Source: an uncultured Gammaproteobacteria bacterium (GTDB lineage Bacteria; Tectomicrobia; Entotheonellia; Entotheonellales; Entotheonellaceae). Taken from it: a stretch of 64,000 nt of DNA. Where the stretch lies: NCBI GenBank assembly GCA_963773125.1, contig CAVZBC010000079.1, forward strand, positions 28,761 through 92,760. Direction: 5' to 3'. Below the pieces are notes generated by a model. It was given only the letters and a program-made list of their open reading frames with translations, was not told the DNA's origin and ran no database searches. Below, one piece after another: positions 60,488 through 64,000 of the stretch; position 1 is the stretch's first letter, and each line of letters opens with the position of its first letter. Position numbers and translations under genes: made by a program.

Positions 60488-61850
60488 GCAGGTAGTGCAC
60501 TTCATGACTGAAACGACCTACGAGCAGTTGCCCCCTATCGCTGTGACACAGGCCAAGCGGGCCCTCCTCGATACCATTGGGGTGACTCTGGCTGGGCACC
60601 AGGAAGAGGCCGGGCGGATTATGACACAATGGGTACGCGAGTCGGGCGGCAGCCAGGAAGCCATGGTGCTTGGCACAGCGTTCTACACCTCGCCTGCATT
60701 AGCAGCGCTGGCCAATGGGACACTCGGACATGCGCTGGATTTTGATGACGTCACGACCCATTTGCGCGGCCATCCAAGTATCCCCGTCGCCCCAGCTGTC
60801 TTCGCCCTTGGCGAGGCGGTGGGTGCCAGCGGCACAGACGTGCTGACAGCCTTCATCCTTGGGGTAGAACTGGAGGCAAAAATTGGTAAAGCCATGACCT
60901 CGGCCCATCCTCGCCGTGGCTGGCATCCCACAGCGACCATCGGGACGCTGGGTGCTGCCGCTGCAGCAGCAAAAATTCTTGAGCTCAATAGCCTACAAAC
61001 ACAAATGGCGTTGGGGATTGCCGCCTCGAAAGCCGCAGGCCTGCGGCAAAATTTCGGTACTATGACAAAACCATTGCATGCCGGGGAGGCGGCGCGTAGC
61101 GGTGTAGAAGCGGCGCAGCTGGCGCAACGGGGATTTACGGCAGATGCGCATATCCTGGAAAGTCGCTTTGGGTTTTTTCATACCTTTGTTGGAGCCGGGG
61201 AGTTTGATGTGGAGGTGGTATTACAGGACTTCGGGACCCCCTATGAAATTGTCTCACCAGGCATTGGCGTAAAACCCTATCCGGCCTGCCGGCAGACGCA
61301 TCGGGCCATCGATGCCATGCTTGATCTGGTGCACACCCATCACCTGCAGCCCGATGACGTCAGTGAAATTGTCTGTGAAGTGAGCGCCCGCATGCAGGAT
61401 TTCCTCATCCATCACCGGCCACAAAATGGCTTAGAGGGCAAATTCAGTATGGAGTATTGCATGGCTGCGGCCTTATTGCATGGCCAGATGGGCCTGCAGC
61501 AATTCTCCGACACGAGCGTCCGCGATCCGCGCGCCCAATCCTTACTCCAACTGGTGCGTTTGGAGCATCCTGACCAGCATGCTGCCGACTGGGATACCGC
61601 CATGCCGGACGTCATCAAGGTCACGCTGCATGATGGTCGGCAGTTCCATCAACGCGTGGATATTCCGAAGGGGGATCCGGCTTTGCCATTGTCATGGGAA
61701 GAGCTCGAAGCAAAATTCCGGGATTGTGCTGTGGCCGTTTTAACGCCAGCGCAGATACAAGAGGCCGTGCAGCACATTGCCCACCTGGAGGAATTAGACA
61801 CGTTGCAACCCCTGATGGCGAGTTTAACAGGGATTGGCGGCGCGGCCTAG
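60474..61850 (+). CDS. MmgE/PrpD family protein (2-methylcitrate dehydratase-like)
   Basis: 458 aa from MGLTEQVVHFMTETTYEQLPPIAVTQAKRALLDTIGV, then GHALDFDD and KPYPACRQTH. It overlaps the meaB stop by 14 nt. Confidence 0.8.
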   Translation: MGLTEQVVHFMTETTYEQLPPIAVTQAKRALLDTIGVTLAGHQEEAGRIMTQWVRESGGSQEAMVLGTAFYTSPALAALANGTLGHALDFDDVTTHLRGHPSIPVAPAVFALGEAVGASGTDVLTAFILGVELEAKIGKAMTSAHPRRGWHPTATIGTLGAAAAAAKILELNSLQTQMALGIAASKAAGLRQNFGTMTKPLHAGEAARSGVEAAQLAQRGFTADAHILESRFGFFHTFVGAGEFDVEVVLQDFGTPYEIVSPGIGVKPYPACRQTHRAIDAMLDLVHTHHLQPDDVSEIVCEVSARMQDFLIHHRPQNGLEGKFSMEYCMAAALLHGQMGLQQFSDTSVRDPRAQSLLQLVRLEHPDQHAADWDTAMPDVIKVTLHDGRQFHQRVDIPKGDPALPLSWEELEAKFRDCAVAVLTPAQIQEAVQHIAHLEELDTLQPLMASLTGIGGAA

Positions 61851-61884
61851 TACTCGGGAGACGCTGGCAGAGGGACGTTGACTG

Positions 61885-62127
61885 ATGACCACACGGAAAA
61901 AACCGCAGACTATCGAGTACGCCTTTCGTTTTGCCAAAGGGACAAATACCGAACGCGCGCGGATGGTCGAGATGATACGAGTCAATCTTGGAGAGCTGCT
62001 GACCATGGTGGTACTCACGCACGCTGGCCAGGAGGTAGCAGTGGATGGTTTCCGCTTACGTGATGACTCCACAATCGTCTACGATCTCCATTCCCCAGTT
62101 GCTCAGAGTGAAGGACGAAGCCAATGA
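61885..62127 (+). CDS. Hypothetical 80-aa protein
   Basis: ATG with a GAGGGA ~9 nt upstream. No recognisable motifs. It converges on the MBL-fold gene. Confidence 0.3.
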   Translation: MTTRKKPQTIEYAFRFAKGTNTERARMVEMIRVNLGELLTMVVLTHAGQEVAVDGFRLRDDSTIVYDLHSPVAQSEGRSQ

Positions 62128-62170
62128 GTCACAGCAGCATGGAGGTCCTCCGTCCCTGCCTCTTACCTCT

Positions 62171-63187
62171 CTACTCTACAGCAACAACTTTTTCAAACAG
62201 GACATGGCCGTTGTCACGTCTCCGGGTGACCTGGTGACGTGCTTCGAGCAGCTCGAGATGGGCGAGCGTTTCGCCGAGCATGAGCCAGTGATCAAAGGGG
62301 TCTTGGCGACTGGGAAACGTGTGACGCGCCACAGTATAGGCGGTTTGCGGGCCGTCGTTCAGGGTCTCGAGCATCATTGCCAGACGCCTATCGTGGTGGG
62401 CCAACAATGCATCAATGCGTTCCTGCGGATCGTGAATCAAGGGACCATGGGACGGCAGGCCCAGGGAGAAACCGAGGCGACGGGTTTTTTCGAGGGATAG
62501 CAGGTAGTCACGCAGAGGGTTATACCGATGCGCTAGCCCAAGGGGATGACGGTCCGAGTGAATCGAGATATTTGGTGTGATGCGCTGCAGGAGATGATCG
62601 CCCGTGAAGGCAAGGTGTAATTCTGGACAATAGACACAGATGTGGCCAACGGCGTGCCCAGGAGTAAAGACAACAGTCCAGGTTTTTCCGCCCAGCTGAA
62701 TCGTTTCGTCGTCTGTCACCTGGCGTGTCACTCTGAAGGGCAACGTGAGCGTCCGAAAACGTTGACGCATTGACCGGAATACTTCCAGGCTGGGGGCGGG
62801 AAGACCATGTTCGAGAAAAAACGTCTCTGGAGCCATGTACACCGGGCCATGCCCCTCTTCATCGCTCCACAAGCCGAGAAATCGTTCACTATCAACGTGC
62901 ATCACAATCTGTGCCGTGGATTGCTGTTGGATGAGGCCCGCCAGCCCGGCGTGATCACTGTGAAAGTGCGTGATAATGACGTACCGTAAATCGGCAAAAG
63001 ACACCCCGAGCTGGGCCAGACTTGTGTGCAGCGTGGTCGCAGTGGCCGGGGTGTTAGTGCCAGTATCAATGAGTAAACACCCGTCTGGATCTTTGACGAG
63101 ATAGAGATTGATGTCTCGGAGCTTGAAGGGAATCGGTACCTGAAATTCGTATATATTCTCGGCGACTTCTTGAATGTGCGTATCCAT
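62171..63187 (-). CDS. MBL-fold metallo-hydrolase
   Basis: IITHFHSDHAG (HxHxDH), with downstream His/Asp ligands (TPGHAVGH). The start is taken at MDTHIQEV. Confidence 0.8.
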   Translation of the reverse strand: MDTHIQEVAENIYEFQVPIPFKLRDINLYLVKDPDGCLLIDTGTNTPATATTLHTSLAQLGVSFADLRYVIITHFHSDHAGLAGLIQQQSTAQIVMHVDSERFLGLWSDEEGHGPVYMAPETFFLEHGLPAPSLEVFRSMRQRFRTLTLPFRVTRQVTDDETIQLGGKTWTVVFTPGHAVGHICVYCPELHLAFTGDHLLQRITPNISIHSDRHPLGLAHRYNPLRDYLLSLEKTRRLGFSLGLPSHGPLIHDPQERIDALLAHHDRRLAMMLETLNDGPQTAYTVARHTFPSRQDPFDHWLMLGETLAHLELLEARHQVTRRRDNGHVLFEKVVAVE

Positions 63188-63320
63188 GGAGATCCCTAAG
63201 TAGAGATTATTAGAGAACGTATGGTGGAATACGGCAAACAAACGTTTGATTGCCTAAGCATAACGCACCGGCCCTCTTCTGGCAATCCGAGGCAGCAATA
63301 TGAGTATTTCCCCGGCTGGC

Positions 63321-63794
63321 TTACGGCTTACGAGATGGCGGCAACACAGCATCTCGGCGTGCGACAAGAAAGGCATCGATGATAGCGTAGCCCCACACCA
63401 TGAGGGCCAGCACCTTGCCAATGAGTAGGGAAAGACTGACCACGGCGGTCGTGCCCAGTATCATGAGGAGCATGCCTTTCACCACTTGTCCATTGTAGAG
63501 TTGTCCCAAACCACAGACGAGGGATAACGCCGCTGCGAGCCAGGGTCGGAGCGCGCTATGGTGAGACGGGGGGTATGCTTCGGGAGGCACGGCTGACACG
63601 GTATGGGGTCCCTCCTGAAGGTGGGCTGGTGGGTGTCTCGTAGGGAAGAACGGCGGTGGCGGGTGTGGTTTGCCCAAGGCCGCGGCAAGGGCATAGACCA
63701 CACCTGCTGGTAATGCGCAGTCGCAATGGGCACAGGCCTGCCGCATTTCCTGCAGCGGCTGATGACAATATGGACAATGCACAATGATCGCCAT
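63321..63794 (-). CDS. Zinc-ribbon / proline-rich linker / two-TM membrane protein, hypothetical
   Basis: MAIIVHCPYCHQPL..CAHCDC (CxxC..CxxC), a Pro-rich linker, then GLGQLYNGQVVKG and hydrophobic helices (TM2-like). Confidence 0.5.
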   Translation of the reverse strand: MAIIVHCPYCHQPLQEMRQACAHCDCALPAGVVYALAAALGKPHPPPPFFPTRHPPAHLQEGPHTVSAVPPEAYPPSHHSALRPWLAAALSLVCGLGQLYNGQVVKGMLLMILGTTAVVSLSLLIGKVLALMVWGYAIIDAFLVARRDAVLPPSRKP

Positions 63795-64000
63795 AAGTCC
63801 CTCCTCGTCAGAGCCGCGGCCTGATCGGGGCTCTGATGGTTTTCCGGCGTGTTCCACACGCACGCTGGAGCGTTTTCGCGCAGCATTGCTGGCAGGCACT
63901 GCAGCGATGCTGGCGTTGCCTCCGAGTTATCGACCGGTGCTCCCTACCCCACCAGCGCCGCGCGAGGTTTGATCGAGCTGGTCTGGGAAGACCTCGAGGA

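Noticed and set aside
1-64000. CRISPR arrays, rRNA genes, prophage, toxin-antitoxin or known defence-system genes
   Set aside because: Scanning the intergenic regions and the ORF translations by eye showed no regularly spaced repeats, no rRNA-like sequence and no recognisable defence or phage proteins. The only repeat families are the TPR-gene paralogues, the IS inverted repeats and the short repeats listed above.

Overview
This window is 64 kb of a moderately GC-rich diderm bacterial chromosome. It is almost fully coding and mostly on the minus strand. I cannot place the lineage from sequence alone.

Roughly two thirds is core housekeeping in classic synteny blocks: rimP | rseP, lolA-like, lpxC | mutS | ybeY-phoH | glnD | xerD | rpsT | holA-lptE | tRNA-Arg(CCG) | aroA-aroK | recA-thpR | dxr-cdsA-uppS-frr-pyrH-tsf-rpsB | rpsI-rplM | yraN-rnhB-rplS-trmD-rimM-rpsP-ffh | rsmB-fmt-def-priA | dksA.

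The accessory part is a ~16 kb island at 21.7-37.9 kb, bracketed by prepilin peptidase pilD and a cysteine-free type IV pilin gene. It holds:
- four tandem paralogues of a TMTC-like protein (GT-C PMT_2/DUF1736-type membrane domain plus 4-7 TPRs), joined by identical 14-nt ATG/stop overlaps;
- two further GT-C-type membrane glycosyltransferases;
- a Dpm1/Ppm1-like polyprenyl-phosphate-sugar synthase, translationally coupled (TAATG) to a 605-aa polytopic membrane protein;
- a sigma54-like promoter with two 11-nt direct repeats upstream of the synthase.

This island is my top candidate for an undescribed system: a polyprenyl-phosphate-sugar-dependent periplasmic protein O-glycosylation (O-mannosylation-like) machinery, with the adjacent pilin as a possible substrate.

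Other notable points:
- an NtrC-type two-component system that is decayed and split by a dead IS4-superfamily element;
- a remnant of rpe;
- a split B12-domain/MeaB/PrpD-family operon.

Major caveat: I find about 17 single-nucleotide frameshifts, clustered in patches. Many hit essential genes (dxr, cdsA, uppS, frr, tsf). Most are therefore probably consensus indel errors, so every pseudogene call here is provisional. No rRNA genes, CRISPR arrays or recognisable defence systems were seen.
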